From a virus (Duplodnaviria > Caudoviricetes): DNA of 64,000 nucleotides. A program made the position numbers and the translations under genes. Within the stretch, counting starts at the first letter, position 1, and each line of letters starts with the position of its first letter. The notes beneath the pieces are model-generated. The model saw nothing but the letters and a program-made list of their open reading frames with translations, was not told the DNA's origin and did not search any database. Positions 20,479-30,993 of this stretch are shown here, piece by piece. The stretch spans positions 1 to 64,000 of the IMG/VR virus record IMGVR_UViG_3300020577_003668. One strand, written 5' to 3'.

Positions 20479-21789
20479 TTAAACTAGTACCGCTCTCATT
20501 CTAGCACCTACGATTGGTGCTGCTAATTCTCGTACACTTTTCGATATCAACAGCTTAGGGTCTCTTGACTTTGGAAGTTGTTGTCTACCACCTTCGGAGA
20601 ATGTTCCATAAGGATTACGCATATATGAGTAAAATGCAGTAATCATACCCTGCCTTGATTCTGATAGGCGCTGCACTTGTACAGACTCTGCGAAACGTCC
20701 GGTTCTATAGTTTAGAACTCTATGCTCGTTTCCTTGTCCCATGTTCTTAGCTACTTGCTTATTAATACCCGCCTGTAGGATCGCTAGTAGGTTTATCGAG
20801 GATGTTCTAATCCGCGACATACTATTAGGTACAAAAGGTGTCGTCTTAGTTTTGGTAGTTTTTGAGGTTACCTTCACTCTGTTAGCTAGAGTTATATCTT
20901 TAGCTTGTACCACCTTTTTCGTATCAGGAGTTTTTACACCTGTTAAAGAAGCCACTGCTCTAGAGTGTATTTCTTGTAACAAATTATTAGAGAAATTAAG
21001 TTTTTTCAATTCTCTAGTAATTTCTGCTTCGATTTGTCCTTCTATCTGGTTACCATAAAAATATTGGTTTTCTAGCCTATCTTGTATGATAACTATATTA
21101 GCATTTACACTAAGTAAGAATTTATCAAAATCTTTCTTAAAAGTAGCTACTATTCGTCGGCCGTAGCTAGACTTTGATTTAAGCTTGTCGATAGCTTCAT
21201 CTACTGTTTTTTGAATATTGGTAATGTTATTACCAGAAGCTAGCGAAAGTCCTTGATCTATAGCCTGTTTTAAGTTTATTAGTTTTTGATATAAAGGTGT
21301 ACTAGCTACGTCTCCATATATTATATGTCCGACGTCTACACCCTTACTAATTTTAGTATTATCATACCTGGATTCTCTAAAGTATGGTAGTAGTGCCTTA
21401 TTTAAGTACTCTCTAAATAATCCATCGTATGCTCTGTCGTAGGACTTGAATAGAATACCTTGTAATTCATTACCATAATACACTGCATAAGGAAATCCGG
21501 TATCCAAGGTCTCTAGAAAATTATCGGGCAGGTTTAATACATCTATATTCTTTAAATTAGATTTAGTATTGATATATTTTACTAATCCAGAATATATAGC
21601 GTGTATATTATAGGCTTGCCCATATCCCTGAGTCTCTACCTCTTTTAAGGTGTTAAACACGTGTTTCAAGGTGATACTCAGAGACTTCTTGGTTATAGGT
21701 ACAAAATGGGGTCTCAGATTTAAAGATAGCTTTCTAGTATCTTTCCTAAATGCTGACTCTATACTACTTCTGAAAGGAGCTACTGACAT
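20479..21789 (-). CDS. Tail completion / neck protein with a long N-terminal extension
   Basis: C-terminal LNYRTGRFAESV...YSYMRNPY...RDPKLLISKS resembles T5-like tail completion proteins. Confidence 0.65.
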   Translation of the reverse strand: MSVAPFRSSIESAFRKDTRKLSLNLRPHFVPITKKSLSITLKHVFNTLKEVETQGYGQAYNIHAIYSGLVKYINTKSNLKNIDVLNLPDNFLETLDTGFPYAVYYGNELQGILFKSYDRAYDGLFREYLNKALLPYFRESRYDNTKISKGVDVGHIIYGDVASTPLYQKLINLKQAIDQGLSLASGNNITNIQKTVDEAIDKLKSKSSYGRRIVATFKKDFDKFLLSVNANIVIIQDRLENQYFYGNQIEGQIEAEITRELKKLNFSNNLLQEIHSRAVASLTGVKTPDTKKVVQAKDITLANRVKVTSKTTKTKTTPFVPNSMSRIRTSSINLLAILQAGINKQVAKNMGQGNEHRVLNYRTGRFAESVQVQRLSESRQGMITAFYSYMRNPYGTFSEGGRQQLPKSRDPKLLISKSVRELAAPIVGARMRAVLV

Positions 21790-21791
21790 AT

Positions 21792-22370
21792 TTAATCCCA
21801 GCTCGCTTTATATAGGTCAAGCACGCGTTTAATATGTGCTGGAAGTGCGGAACTAGTAATGTATTCTATCTGTACGCTGTTAGTACCTGGTGCTTTAGGG
21901 CTGTGCACAGAGGCATCATTTTTGATGTAGTACGTAACTAGGTCCATAACAGCCAGCTTTAGGTCTGTAGGTAGAGTCTCGTACCCAGCAGTATAGGTCA
22001 CCTGATACCCGTTCAGGCACTTGTCCCATTCACCACTAGCGGAAAGAGCAATGATATTGCCTCTTTCTACGTCTACTACATAATCAGTGAACTCTACTAG
22101 ATCAGTATAATTCTGACCGTAGTCAGTACTATACCCTACACCAGTTACCGAAATTATAGGATATTCGGCTAGTAGTAATTCTGCTCCGTAACCGCCACTA
22201 GTAGTTTCCACTTTAGCGTCATTAACGTAATCAACGAATGTTCTGCGGCAGTAGGTTTTTACTAACTCGCTTACTTTAGGAATCAGGGCATCAATAACTG
22301 TGTCAGAATTAGGGCTAGTAATTCCTACATATGCCTTGTATTCCGCTCTTGTTATTAATGGAAGTCCCAT
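21792..22370 (-). CDS. Head-tail adaptor / head completion protein
   Basis: YTAGY...PTDLKLAV...LPAHIKRVLDLY; directly after the capsid gene. Confidence 0.8.
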   Translation of the reverse strand: MGLPLITRAEYKAYVGITSPNSDTVIDALIPKVSELVKTYCRRTFVDYVNDAKVETTSGGYGAELLLAEYPIISVTGVGYSTDYGQNYTDLVEFTDYVVDVERGNIIALSASGEWDKCLNGYQVTYTAGYETLPTDLKLAVMDLVTYYIKNDASVHSPKAPGTNSVQIEYITSSALPAHIKRVLDLYKASWD

Positions 22371-22411
22371 TCTATCTCCTTATTATCTTTTATAAGGCTC
22401 TGGCCTTATAA

Positions 22412-22437
22412 AAGATAAGGGCCGAAGCCCTTATCTT
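22412..22437 (-). terminator. Hairpin terminator after the capsid gene
   Basis: AAGATAAGGGC-CGAA-GCCCTTATCTT. Confidence 0.65.
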
Positions 22438-22447
22438 AATCGTTAGA

Positions 22448-24388
22448 TTAGTTCCAACGTAGTACGGAAACTCCACCACCAACGTTAGTGGTTAGTTGTT
22501 GCATACCAGTACGTAGACTTGCTACTAGAACCTTACGTTGAGTTTCAACCAGGTCTTGAGTATCAAAACGTAGACCGCGCTGGTTACCAACGATGAAGTT
22601 GGAAGTAGCAACAGCGATAGCACCGTAGTTAGTAGTAGCACTAGAAGTACCGCCTGCGGCCTTATTATCTAGCTCTGCGCAAACTAGAACTGGACTATTA
22701 CCAACCATACCAATTTGGCCGGTTAGAATAGTAGCCTTAGTACCGACCTTATCCATGGTCTGGAAACTAGTATCTTCTAGTAGATCGTAGTAAACGTCAT
22801 TAGATACTAGGAACGTTACGCCATCGGGCTCTAGACCCCATGTACCTAGGTCCTTACGTAAAGCGCGTAGGGAGGCTACGCTAGCAGCACCAGTATTAGT
22901 TACTAGAACAGCGGAAGTAGCGTCATATAGAGCTAGACCCTTAACTGGATCAGCACCGGCGCCGGCTCCGCGAGCCATCGCCTTTTCAACAGACTTGGCA
23001 ACACGACGTACCATTGCATCCCGTACGATAGGTAGAAGAACAATCAATGAGTCTTCTTCTTCTTCATACATTAGATACTCTGTGGTAGCTAACTTGTAGC
23101 TATTTAGAGTAATTTCTTTCATTTGGTGAGTTTGAGCAGCACCAGGTGAGTTTGTAGTACCGAACTGCGCGTTAGTTACCCATGTACCATATCCAGCTTC
23201 TGGATTTAATGGCATAGTCATAACGTTAGTCGCCATATTAATATTGCGGATTAGAGGGGCAATAACTAGACGACGACGAATTTCGGCCTCCATGTTTAGG
23301 GATACTTCAAGTTCCCAAGTAGTAGAAGCCATGTGTGAAGGATCCTTACCACCAACAGCAGCCTTTTCAATTAGTTGGCGACCATACTTGGTACCTTCAA
23401 TTGACTTACCAGTGAACTTGGATAGTAGAACAGCCTTTTCACGTTCTTCATAAGTAGAAGACTCACCAGACTTATTTTCAGTGAAAGTCATCTTGCTCTT
23501 CTGTAGGGCAGCTAGTTCGTCAGCCTTTTCTTTAAGAGCGGCTTCAAGACCTTCTAGGGCCTTCTTTTGCGAATCAGCTTGTTCAGCGATACGCTTTTCT
23601 ACATCAGCTAGAAGCTTCTCAGCACCAGTGGTAGAAGGAGTTACGGCAGCAACTGCCTTGTTGATACGGTCTTGCATTGCGGCTTCTTCAGCAGCTTTCT
23701 TGTCGGCTAGAGCCTTTTCCGTAGCTTGTGCAGCTAGGACAGCTTCGGCAGCGGACTTGGCAGCATTCGCTAGCATTTGTTCTAATTCTTTTGGATCCAT
23801 TCCAATTTCCTTTAATGTTGTGCCTTTTGCTTCCTTAGAGGATTCTAGCCCTTTAGCTGACTCGCTTTTGGGTGCAAACTGCAGTTTAAAACTCTTACAT
23901 TCAGCGTCATTGTTAAATGACTTAGATAAACTAAACAACGTCTCTTGGTTCATTGGTACGGATACCACTGAAATTTCAATCAGTTCTAGTTCTTTAATTA
24001 CAAATAAATCTACATCTGGTTTATATTCCGCGTCTAGTACTCGGAAACCGACACTAAATGCAGTTAATACACCATCCTTAATTAGATTAAATACTTCTGC
24101 GGCTGCAGAAATTCTACCCTTTATCCATAGGCCCTTAGCGTCTACTTTATGTTCAACCATACGACCGATTGGATCGTCGTGATCATGGTAAGCTAATAGA
24201 ATAGGATTCTTTAGATAATTTGCCATACCTGCTTCCCAAGCAGTCGCTGGGATAACATCGCCGGTTCTATCTACATCAGTCGTACTAGCATATCCGCTAA
24301 TAAAGATACTATCAATAGGTTCATCCGCACTAGGGAGTTCTTTGATGAACTGACTATTTAGATGAAATACTTTATTTTTAATAGTCAT
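22448..24388 (-). CDS. Prohead protease (HK97/S78 type) fused in frame to scaffold and major capsid protein
   Basis: Protease motifs ISGYAST, LAYHDH, AFSVGF, EISVVSVP; coiled-coil scaffold; HK97-fold capsid; internal AAGGA RBS before ATG 23800. Confidence 0.9.
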   Translation of the reverse strand: MTIKNKVFHLNSQFIKELPSADEPIDSIFISGYASTTDVDRTGDVIPATAWEAGMANYLKNPILLAYHDHDDPIGRMVEHKVDAKGLWIKGRISAAAEVFNLIKDGVLTAFSVGFRVLDAEYKPDVDLFVIKELELIEISVVSVPMNQETLFSLSKSFNNDAECKSFKLQFAPKSESAKGLESSKEAKGTTLKEIGMDPKELEQMLANAAKSAAEAVLAAQATEKALADKKAAEEAAMQDRINKAVAAVTPSTTGAEKLLADVEKRIAEQADSQKKALEGLEAALKEKADELAALQKSKMTFTENKSGESSTYEEREKAVLLSKFTGKSIEGTKYGRQLIEKAAVGGKDPSHMASTTWELEVSLNMEAEIRRRLVIAPLIRNINMATNVMTMPLNPEAGYGTWVTNAQFGTTNSPGAAQTHQMKEITLNSYKLATTEYLMYEEEEDSLIVLLPIVRDAMVRRVAKSVEKAMARGAGAGADPVKGLALYDATSAVLVTNTGAASVASLRALRKDLGTWGLEPDGVTFLVSNDVYYDLLEDTSFQTMDKVGTKATILTGQIGMVGNSPVLVCAELDNKAAGGTSSATTNYGAIAVATSNFIVGNQRGLRFDTQDLVETQRKVLVASLRTGMQQLTTNVGGGVSVLRWN

Positions 24389-24429
24389 TCATCGATACTC
24401 CTTTTCCAGGTATATTTTTACATTGTCTT

Positions 24430-24458
24430 ATTATACTAGTTAGGCGCATAAAAGTCAA
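24430..24458 (-). promoter_or_regulatory. Sigma70-type promoter for the protease-capsid gene
   Basis: TTGACT-N17-TATAAT. Confidence 0.75.
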
Positions 24459-24564
24459 CCCCCATTTTTTACATGGGGGTTGCTTGTATTTCCTTATTTA
24501 TAGTCCACCTGGTTCAGTAACCCTAACTACACTTGGTAGTATTCCCCTTCTATAGCAATACCAC

Positions 24565-25785
24565 CTAAGTTTTCGGCTTCGGTTCCGTAGCAGGAGTTTT
24601 AGGTTTTCCACCCACACTAGGATTTGCAGCCGAACCAGCAATATTAGCAGGTACACGTAATTTATCACTTTCCGGGTCCTTATCCTTTTCGTATCTTAAC
24701 TCGACTCTTGCCTCGTTGGGAGTCAGTACACCGCCATTTACTAAGGTGGTGTGATACGCAGCGATGTCTTTTAGATCAGGCTGCAGTGCAGATACGCTAC
24801 TGGTTACGGCATCAATGTCATACCCAGTCATAAGTTCCATAGCAGAAATATACTTACGGACTATAGGCATTACAGTTTCTAGATAGAATAGTCTTAAGTT
24901 TGGGGCGATATTTGCCTGGTTTCCTCCGTCTAGGAGGACTGGTGGCACGCCTAGGGTTTCTAGTATTTTGACGTTATGAGTTTTAATACTAACATCAAAA
25001 TCTAGATCTTTGAATGTTGTGGACTGGCCCGCTAGTTGCATCGGTTTCAGTCCACTATCTAGAATCACTGGCTTCTTGCCACCGTTTCTAGGATTATAGT
25101 TGCGTAGCCAATTAGAGATAGTCTTATCTTTAGCTACCTGACTTAGTGTATTGTCTGTTGTAAGTGCTAGACCAAATACAGCTCCATTCTCGAAGAAGCC
25201 GCCTTGGAACTCTTGCATCTTATATAGTGTTCTGATATTACCTTCGGCCGCTTTTAGTCGACTAGCACCTCTATAGATAGAATCTGCACTAATATCTCGG
25301 AAGTGCGCGATCTCCTCTGGTCTGAAATCTGTAGTATTATTGTAGGTGTACTTATCTACGAAGGTTTTAGGATGTGGTACAATTTGAACATTTATTGCTG
25401 GTAGATGGTATATAAAAGCACCATCATAATAAATGAAAGCATTGCCCTCCATTATAAAGTCGGTAAAAATCGCTGCTCTAAATGCCTGTACGCTCTGGTA
25501 CGGATTAGGTCTAAAATTTAATAAGTTATATAATGTCTTGTTTCTAATTCCTGCGACAGTACCGTCATGTGTCTTCTCTTTAACATCATAGTCTAAGCTA
25601 GCGCAACCATTAACTATCATACTGATAGCTCTATTTACTGCCTCTAAGTTCTTAAATGACGCTATGTAGTTACTACTTGCATCGGAACCGATATTAGTCC
25701 CGGCCTCATAACTGATTGTTTCTTGTGCCGGGTTTAACTTCTCTACAGTTGTGTTAAACCAGGTTTTTGGGTTATACCAAGTCAT
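24565..25785 (-). CDS. Portal protein (HK97/T5 pb7-like)
   Basis: LLNFRPNPYQS, FFENGA, LGVPPVLL, GVLTPNEAR motifs. Confidence 0.92.
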   Translation of the reverse strand: MTWYNPKTWFNTTVEKLNPAQETISYEAGTNIGSDASSNYIASFKNLEAVNRAISMIVNGCASLDYDVKEKTHDGTVAGIRNKTLYNLLNFRPNPYQSVQAFRAAIFTDFIMEGNAFIYYDGAFIYHLPAINVQIVPHPKTFVDKYTYNNTTDFRPEEIAHFRDISADSIYRGASRLKAAEGNIRTLYKMQEFQGGFFENGAVFGLALTTDNTLSQVAKDKTISNWLRNYNPRNGGKKPVILDSGLKPMQLAGQSTTFKDLDFDVSIKTHNVKILETLGVPPVLLDGGNQANIAPNLRLFYLETVMPIVRKYISAMELMTGYDIDAVTSSVSALQPDLKDIAAYHTTLVNGGVLTPNEARVELRYEKDKDPESDKLRVPANIAGSAANPSVGGKPKTPATEPKPKT

Positions 25786-25793
25786 ATTTTTCC

Positions 25794-26228
25794 TTACGTA
25801 AATGCACTAAAGAAACTATGACCTATATTAGACACTACGTTAATTTCTCCACCAGCTATCTTAGCTTTTTGTTTCTCAATCCAGATCACTTGTTTATCAG
25901 CCGTGTGCAAAGCAGGTTTCTTGCCGTAGATTCCATGTAGCATTACGTGATGCCTATTACATAGAGTGAATACGTCATCATAAATCTCTTTGTGATGTTC
26001 GGCGATAAACTGATCTCGGACGGCTAAAATACCTTCGTCAGTAGAAATATCGAAGTGGTTCCTATGAGCCCAGTTCTCTAGTAGGACCGTTATTGAACGG
26101 GTGTGGTGTAGTTCTAGATCAAGATTAGTTCCACAAATATAGCAAGTGTCTTTTTTATCGTATGCAGCCTTAGCCTTATCACGAACCCATTTAACTGGGA
26201 TTCTATTATTACCTGTATTTTTTGCCAT
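25794..26228 (-). CDS. Nicking HNH-type endonuclease (T5-like)
   Basis: CYICG...LELHH...TLCNRHHVMLH; position between portal and terminase; start taken at MAKNT. Confidence 0.7.
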   Translation of the reverse strand: MAKNTGNNRIPVKWVRDKAKAAYDKKDTCYICGTNLDLELHHTRSITVLLENWAHRNHFDISTDEGILAVRDQFIAEHHKEIYDDVFTLCNRHHVMLHGIYGKKPALHTADKQVIWIEKQKAKIAGGEINVVSNIGHSFFSAFT

Positions 26229-26324
26229 AAAAATTTCTGTGGTTATCTCAACACTACCAATTATAACACCATAGATAGCAGTGTACAAGTTCAGAATTTC
26301 CGGGCACAAAAAAGCCGCCAGGCT

Positions 26325-26921
26325 TTAAACTGGCGGCTTTTGAAACAGGCGTTTCCACCAAGGTAATTCTAAATAATCTAATTTAGCAATTAAGTTAGAT
26401 ATAGTTTTATCATTTACCTCTGCTTCCGCATATAAAGTATCTATTTCTTCTTGCAACTTGGAGTAACAAGAAGCTTCTACCTCTTCTTTAGTTCTAGCTT
26501 TTCGAAGCTCCTCGATTTGATCGCGTTGAATAGCTATTAAGTCAGCACACTCTTGCATAGTGTCTCTACTATCAACAATAGTTTCAATGTGCTCAACAGT
26601 GGATAACTTTAATAGATCCCAATTTTCCATCAGCAGATCAAAGTCATCGTCGTGTATACATTTAGCTATGACACTATTTAAGGAAGGCCTTTCGCAGCTA
26701 ATATAGTATGCTTCTAGAATATCTATATGATCCTTGTGGGCTTCCATTAGTACTGAGAACTCTGGCATCCCATGAGTATGAAACGCATTCATCATCTTTT
26801 CAGAAGCTTTGTTTCTGTAAAAACTAGACTTATGCTCTTCCCAGCGTTTTTCTATGTTGTTGCTTTTACCAATATACTCATCGCCGTTTTTGAACGTAAG
26901 CTTGTAAATACCTGAGATCAT
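26325..26921 (-). CDS. GIY-YIG domain protein with coiled-coil C-terminus
   Basis: GIY...YIGKSNNIEKRWEEH. Confidence 0.7.
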   Translation of the reverse strand: MISGIYKLTFKNGDEYIGKSNNIEKRWEEHKSSFYRNKASEKMMNAFHTHGMPEFSVLMEAHKDHIDILEAYYISCERPSLNSVIAKCIHDDDFDLLMENWDLLKLSTVEHIETIVDSRDTMQECADLIAIQRDQIEELRKARTKEEVEASCYSKLQEEIDTLYAEAEVNDKTISNLIAKLDYLELPWWKRLFQKPPV

Positions 26922-27250
26922 ATAGATTCTAGTAGTTTTCTAATCTTTGCTACTTCGTCGGAAGTCATGGCCAAACCTTCTCTAGGTAGCATAGACTTCA
27001 ATTGCTGGACTTTTTCAGAAATAGTTTTTTCAAACTCTTTCTGCGCTTCTTCCGCGGTAAGAGTATGTGTAAAGTTGAAATAAACTTTGTCTAGTCCATA
27101 TACGACAATAGAATCCTGCTCAGTCTTTGGCACTCTAGCAGCTACTTTTTGTAAAATGGAGGTTACCCATCCAAATGGTGCTCCAGTATCTCGTTTGTTA
27201 ATTAGGTCCAGTGCTACATCTGTAGCTTTAATGGTAATTACTTGTTCCAT
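26918..27250 (-). CDS. Hypothetical protein
   Basis: 110 aa, translationally coupled in the packaging operon. Confidence 0.55.
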   Translation of the reverse strand: MEQVITIKATDVALDLINKRDTGAPFGWVTSILQKVAARVPKTEQDSIVVYGLDKVYFNFTHTLTAEEAQKEFEKTISEKVQQLKSMLPREGLAMTSDEVAKIRKLLESI

Positions 27251-27258
27251 AAAATACC

Positions 27259-28581
27259 TTATAATGTAAAAGTTACTAATGCATACCTTACAGCGTCAGG
27301 TATGTGACTATGAGTATGTACGGGTTTTTCTTTGGTGAGAGTTTCTCGATTATCCCATTGATACTGGTCGAATGCGGCTAGCGTTTTAGTACAGTGCGAG
27401 AGTATCTTAAGTCTACCTTGCTGTAGTAATCCTTGTACTAGAGCGATACCGGCTAGTACATCTTTTTTCGCCTTGATCGTAGCTATGTCATGGATATAAG
27501 CTAAATCACTGGCGAACTGAGCGGCGGCTGGGTCTATAAATATAGCGTCTATGCTCCACTTCTCTATGAGCTCTCTGAAACTTTCTGCATGTTCGGGGGT
27601 GGTCTTTTCTGACTCTAGGTACTCGTCAACTATGTAGAAACAATCCTCTAACTCAGCATACACAATTGGTATGAATGCAGTAGGGTCTTTATATCCAGGG
27701 TCAAGACCAGCAAAAGACTCACAACGATCCTGTACTTCAAACGATTCCACTACGTTACGGTCAGCTTCAATCTGGAAGATTTGGCCTTCGTACACGTTAA
27801 AGTTAGCATTATATTCTTGTTCGAATTCAGCCTTACTCATGGTACTTCTAGCTTCTTCAACGTCAGAAGGTTTCATTCTGTCGTTCTCAGTATAGTCAGC
27901 CTGAATAGAACACCACGCAGGATATTCGTCACTAAATCCACGCTGGAAGAATTCACTAAACCAGTTATTCTTACCACGAGGAGTGGAGATAAAGATAGCC
28001 TTTGCACCTGGCTTATCTAGCGTAGGACGTAGAGACACGTTAAATGCTTCTAGACCTCCGGTACTAAGAGCGGCTTCATCGAATATGATTAAGTCATAGG
28101 AACGTCCGACGCAGCTATCAACTGTTCCTACGGAACCCATTCTAATGGTGCTACCATTAGACAGTTCAATAATCTTATCTTTTAAGTTATCACGAGCTAC
28201 TTCTAGATCAAAGGTCTTAATAAGCTTTCGCTGAGATTCGAAACTAATAGACGATAATGAAAAGTTAGGTGACATAATTAGTACATTGCAATTAGGTACT
28301 AAACTAACAAGCTGACCTATTACATTTGCAATGAATGTCTTACCTAGACGCCTAGACAACGCCGCACATACGAACCTATACTTAGGATTATTGATTGCGT
28401 TGATCAATGCCTTCTGAGGTCTATTTAGGCAGTCTAGGGCATTTGTTTTTTCTAGAGTTTCTGGATCAGTAATCGGCAGAAGTTTCAGGTATGGAATTAT
28501 AGGTAGTTTTATGAACCTAGTCGCAGCATGGTACTCTGTAATAAGCTCAGTATCTACATCGGGTCTAGAAACGGTTAACAT
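27259..28581 (-). CDS. terL: Terminase large subunit
   Basis: Walker A RRLGKT, Walker B IIFDEAA, ISTP coupling motif, RNase H-like GLDPG...DAVRYA. Confidence 0.95.
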   Translation of the reverse strand: MLTVSRPDVDTELITEYHAATRFIKLPIIPYLKLLPITDPETLEKTNALDCLNRPQKALINAINNPKYRFVCAALSRRLGKTFIANVIGQLVSLVPNCNVLIMSPNFSLSSISFESQRKLIKTFDLEVARDNLKDKIIELSNGSTIRMGSVGTVDSCVGRSYDLIIFDEAALSTGGLEAFNVSLRPTLDKPGAKAIFISTPRGKNNWFSEFFQRGFSDEYPAWCSIQADYTENDRMKPSDVEEARSTMSKAEFEQEYNANFNVYEGQIFQIEADRNVVESFEVQDRCESFAGLDPGYKDPTAFIPIVYAELEDCFYIVDEYLESEKTTPEHAESFRELIEKWSIDAIFIDPAAAQFASDLAYIHDIATIKAKKDVLAGIALVQGLLQQGRLKILSHCTKTLAAFDQYQWDNRETLTKEKPVHTHSHIPDAVRYALVTFTL

Positions 28582-29291
28582 GGTCTACAGATCAGGTTAT
28601 GAGATGAATAGTCTTGATCCCAGATATTTACCTTATTACCATTAAAGTTGTTTTCTCTAAAGAGTCTAGGATAATGGCGCTCAATAGTATAACCCATTCC
28701 TTTGATCATTTCTTGTAAGTGTAAAGACTTATCAGGGCGATCATCTTCGATATACATTATAGGACGGTTACGCAGTATAGTCTGCCTAGCACCTCGCAAT
28801 ACTGCGGCTTCATGGCCTTCAACATCAATCTTAATGAAGCCTATGGGACTAAGCTCTAAAGAGTCTAAAGTGCGGCATTCTACTTCAATTACCCCTAATT
28901 CGCTTCTTTGACCAAGTGCTAAACCACCGTAGTTACCCTTTTCACCATATCTGATCCTAGGCATAGTGGATTTGCCGTTAAAGTCCGAGAGCGCGATTGG
29001 GAAGCTAAGGAAGTCCCAACCTTCTCTAGTACAGTTATCTAGTAGTAGATTATCTAGTGCTGGTTGAGGCTCAAAGGCTACAACTCGGCAACCGGCGGCT
29101 AGCATAGCCATAGACATAAAGCCAATATTAGCTCCTACGTCTAAAGACAACCCACCTCCTGAAACTGCTAAATCAGCAATAACCGAGGCTTCCTCTCCAC
29201 CCCACTCGCCGTAAGCATACAGCGATCGACCTATAAACATATCCTTACCATAGAACTTACACGGTCCGTAGGCTGTTTGACAACTTTTCAA
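28575..29291 (-). CDS. FkbM-family SAM-dependent methyltransferase
   Basis: LDVGANIG, AFEPQP, FIKIDVEGHE motifs. Confidence 0.9.
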   Translation of the reverse strand: MKSCQTAYGPCKFYGKDMFIGRSLYAYGEWGGEEASVIADLAVSGGGLSLDVGANIGFMSMAMLAAGCRVVAFEPQPALDNLLLDNCTREGWDFLSFPIALSDFNGKSTMPRIRYGEKGNYGGLALGQRSELGVIEVECRTLDSLELSPIGFIKIDVEGHEAAVLRGARQTILRNRPIMYIEDDRPDKSLHLQEMIKGMGYTIERHYPRLFRENNFNGNKVNIWDQDYSSHNLICRPC

Positions 29292-30468
29292 GTTCTATCT
29301 CCACATTTTTAAATACAACATCCCATGTTCCAGGATTCCTAAATACGCGTACTGATGGATACCAGACATTTTCGAATCCCATCGAGTCATCACCCCAACG
29401 CCAGTCAGGGTCCTTGCGCATATTCAGTAGCCAGCAAGGCTTTCCTAGAGAACCGCATAAGTGCGCAATGGAGGTATCCACACATATTACTAAGTCCAGC
29501 GTCTCGAGTGACGCTATAGTATCAGCCCAGCACGAAGATGCTAGATCGATAAAACCCAGTCTGCCAGCCTCGGTAGGGTTAAGAGTATATAGAGTACCAA
29601 ACTTTGCAAGAGGCCTAAAGTACTCGGATTTAACAGAACGATGCCTATCATTAGCATGGTTAGGATTGCCAGACCAGGTAACCCCAATATCCAGTTTTCC
29701 ATTTGGTATTTTTGAAACGTATTTATCACTTAGCCATTCTCCTATCGGTAATCCTTGATTAAATATACGGCCCAAGCTACACATCCCAATACCGTATACA
29801 GTACCAGGAATTTCACTAGGATCGCTACAGGTATTATACGAGGAGAAGAATATCTTCATTGACTCGTTACACTGTACATAAAGTTTATTGCAGCGCGTAG
29901 CAGCTAATGGGAGGTACCGACCCCACATTAGTTGATCCCCCATCCCTTGTTCTGCTAGAATACATAGTGTATCGACTTTCTCGCCGGTCCAATGTAGTAC
30001 TGGCGCGCGAGACTTTAGAGTTACAGGAGCTAGAGTACGCTTGAATCTATTCTCGTATAACTCCCAACAGAACTTCAAATTGTCATATTTGCGGCTAGAA
30101 TATTTACGCAGCAAAGTATTCGCCATATTCCAATAAGCATCGTAGTACTTAGGGTTAGCAGTTATAGCTCTACGATAGTAAATAAGCGAAACATCATCTT
30201 CTTGATACGTGCCGGCCATTAACCCTAGGTTATTAAGAGCTTCAGGATACTCATCTACGAAGCTGTTATTAGTGAAGGGTACTTGTGGATCAGCCGCTAG
30301 AAGATACATTTCGATTGCATCGTCATCTCTGTCTAGCATTTTATAGCAGGAACCTAGGTTTAAGTAGATTTCCTTGTATTCAGCTCCATCTTTAAGCAAT
30401 TTCATAAATAGAGGGATTGCTTTTTCTGGACGCTTGTTAGTTAGATATTTAAGTGCCTTGTTGAACAT
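29257..30468 (-). CDS. TPR-repeat glycosyltransferase (GT-B, GT9-like C-terminus)
   Basis: N-terminal TPR motifs (YLNLG, ALNNLG); AEQGMGD, IGVTWSGNP, LDLVICVDTSIAHLCGSLGKP, DWRWG, WYPSVRVFR. Confidence 0.88.
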   Translation of the reverse strand: MFNKALKYLTNKRPEKAIPLFMKLLKDGAEYKEIYLNLGSCYKMLDRDDDAIEMYLLAADPQVPFTNNSFVDEYPEALNNLGLMAGTYQEDDVSLIYYRRAITANPKYYDAYWNMANTLLRKYSSRKYDNLKFCWELYENRFKRTLAPVTLKSRAPVLHWTGEKVDTLCILAEQGMGDQLMWGRYLPLAATRCNKLYVQCNESMKIFFSSYNTCSDPSEIPGTVYGIGMCSLGRIFNQGLPIGEWLSDKYVSKIPNGKLDIGVTWSGNPNHANDRHRSVKSEYFRPLAKFGTLYTLNPTEAGRLGFIDLASSCWADTIASLETLDLVICVDTSIAHLCGSLGKPCWLLNMRKDPDWRWGDDSMGFENVWYPSVRVFRNPGTWDVVFKNVEIELEKLSNSLRTV

Positions 30469-30934
30469 TGCCTAATAGTGATTGGATTAATTGACTATAC
30501 CTACTACCGTCGGAGACTCCGTCGTTAATCTGTACATTTACTTGATTCTTGATATTCGTCTGACGCAGCTTTTCCAGTTCAGTCTGGGCCTTTAGCTCAT
30601 CCATAGTCATCTTATGCTTGAGAGCTAGAAGCTCGGCGATATCTTTGGTTGATCCCATTCCGGACTCTTCTAGCTCCTGAAACTTCTGCTTAAGTACTGC
30701 GTCCATTGCGGCGTGAATCTTAAACCGATTATTGAAGCCTATGTTCATGAACACATGGTCGATATACGCCTTTACCTCACGTCTAGTTAGTATTTGTGTA
30801 ACTAGTTCGACTGTGATATCAAGATTTTCAGCGGTCTCTTTGACGTCCTGGCATTGAAGGTAAGCGTTTGCTACCTCTAGTGCCTCTGGGCTTATATCTA
30901 GCGTCTCCGCTGGTGTAGTGACTGGAAGGCTCAT
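30449..30934 (-). CDS. terS: Terminase small subunit (T5-like)
   Basis: ISPEALEVANAYL HTH, KDIAELL, QVNVQIN; first gene of the packaging operon. Confidence 0.8.
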   Translation of the reverse strand: MSLPVTTPAETLDISPEALEVANAYLQCQDVKETAENLDITVELVTQILTRREVKAYIDHVFMNIGFNNRFKIHAAMDAVLKQKFQELEESGMGSTKDIAELLALKHKMTMDELKAQTELEKLRQTNIKNQVNVQINDGVSDGSRYSQLIQSLLGNVQQGT

Positions 30935-30964
30935 AATTTTATTATAGTTGTACGAATATGTTAT

Positions 30965-30993
30965 ATTATAGCGCTTGTGGGTGGGTAGCGCAA
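30965..30993 (-). promoter_or_regulatory. Sigma70-type promoter of the packaging operon
   Basis: TTGCGC-N17-TATAAT. Confidence 0.65.

Noticed and set aside
8260-30468. Plus-strand ORFs in the ORF track across the structural module
   Set aside because: Antisense shadows of recognisable minus-strand genes, without family motifs
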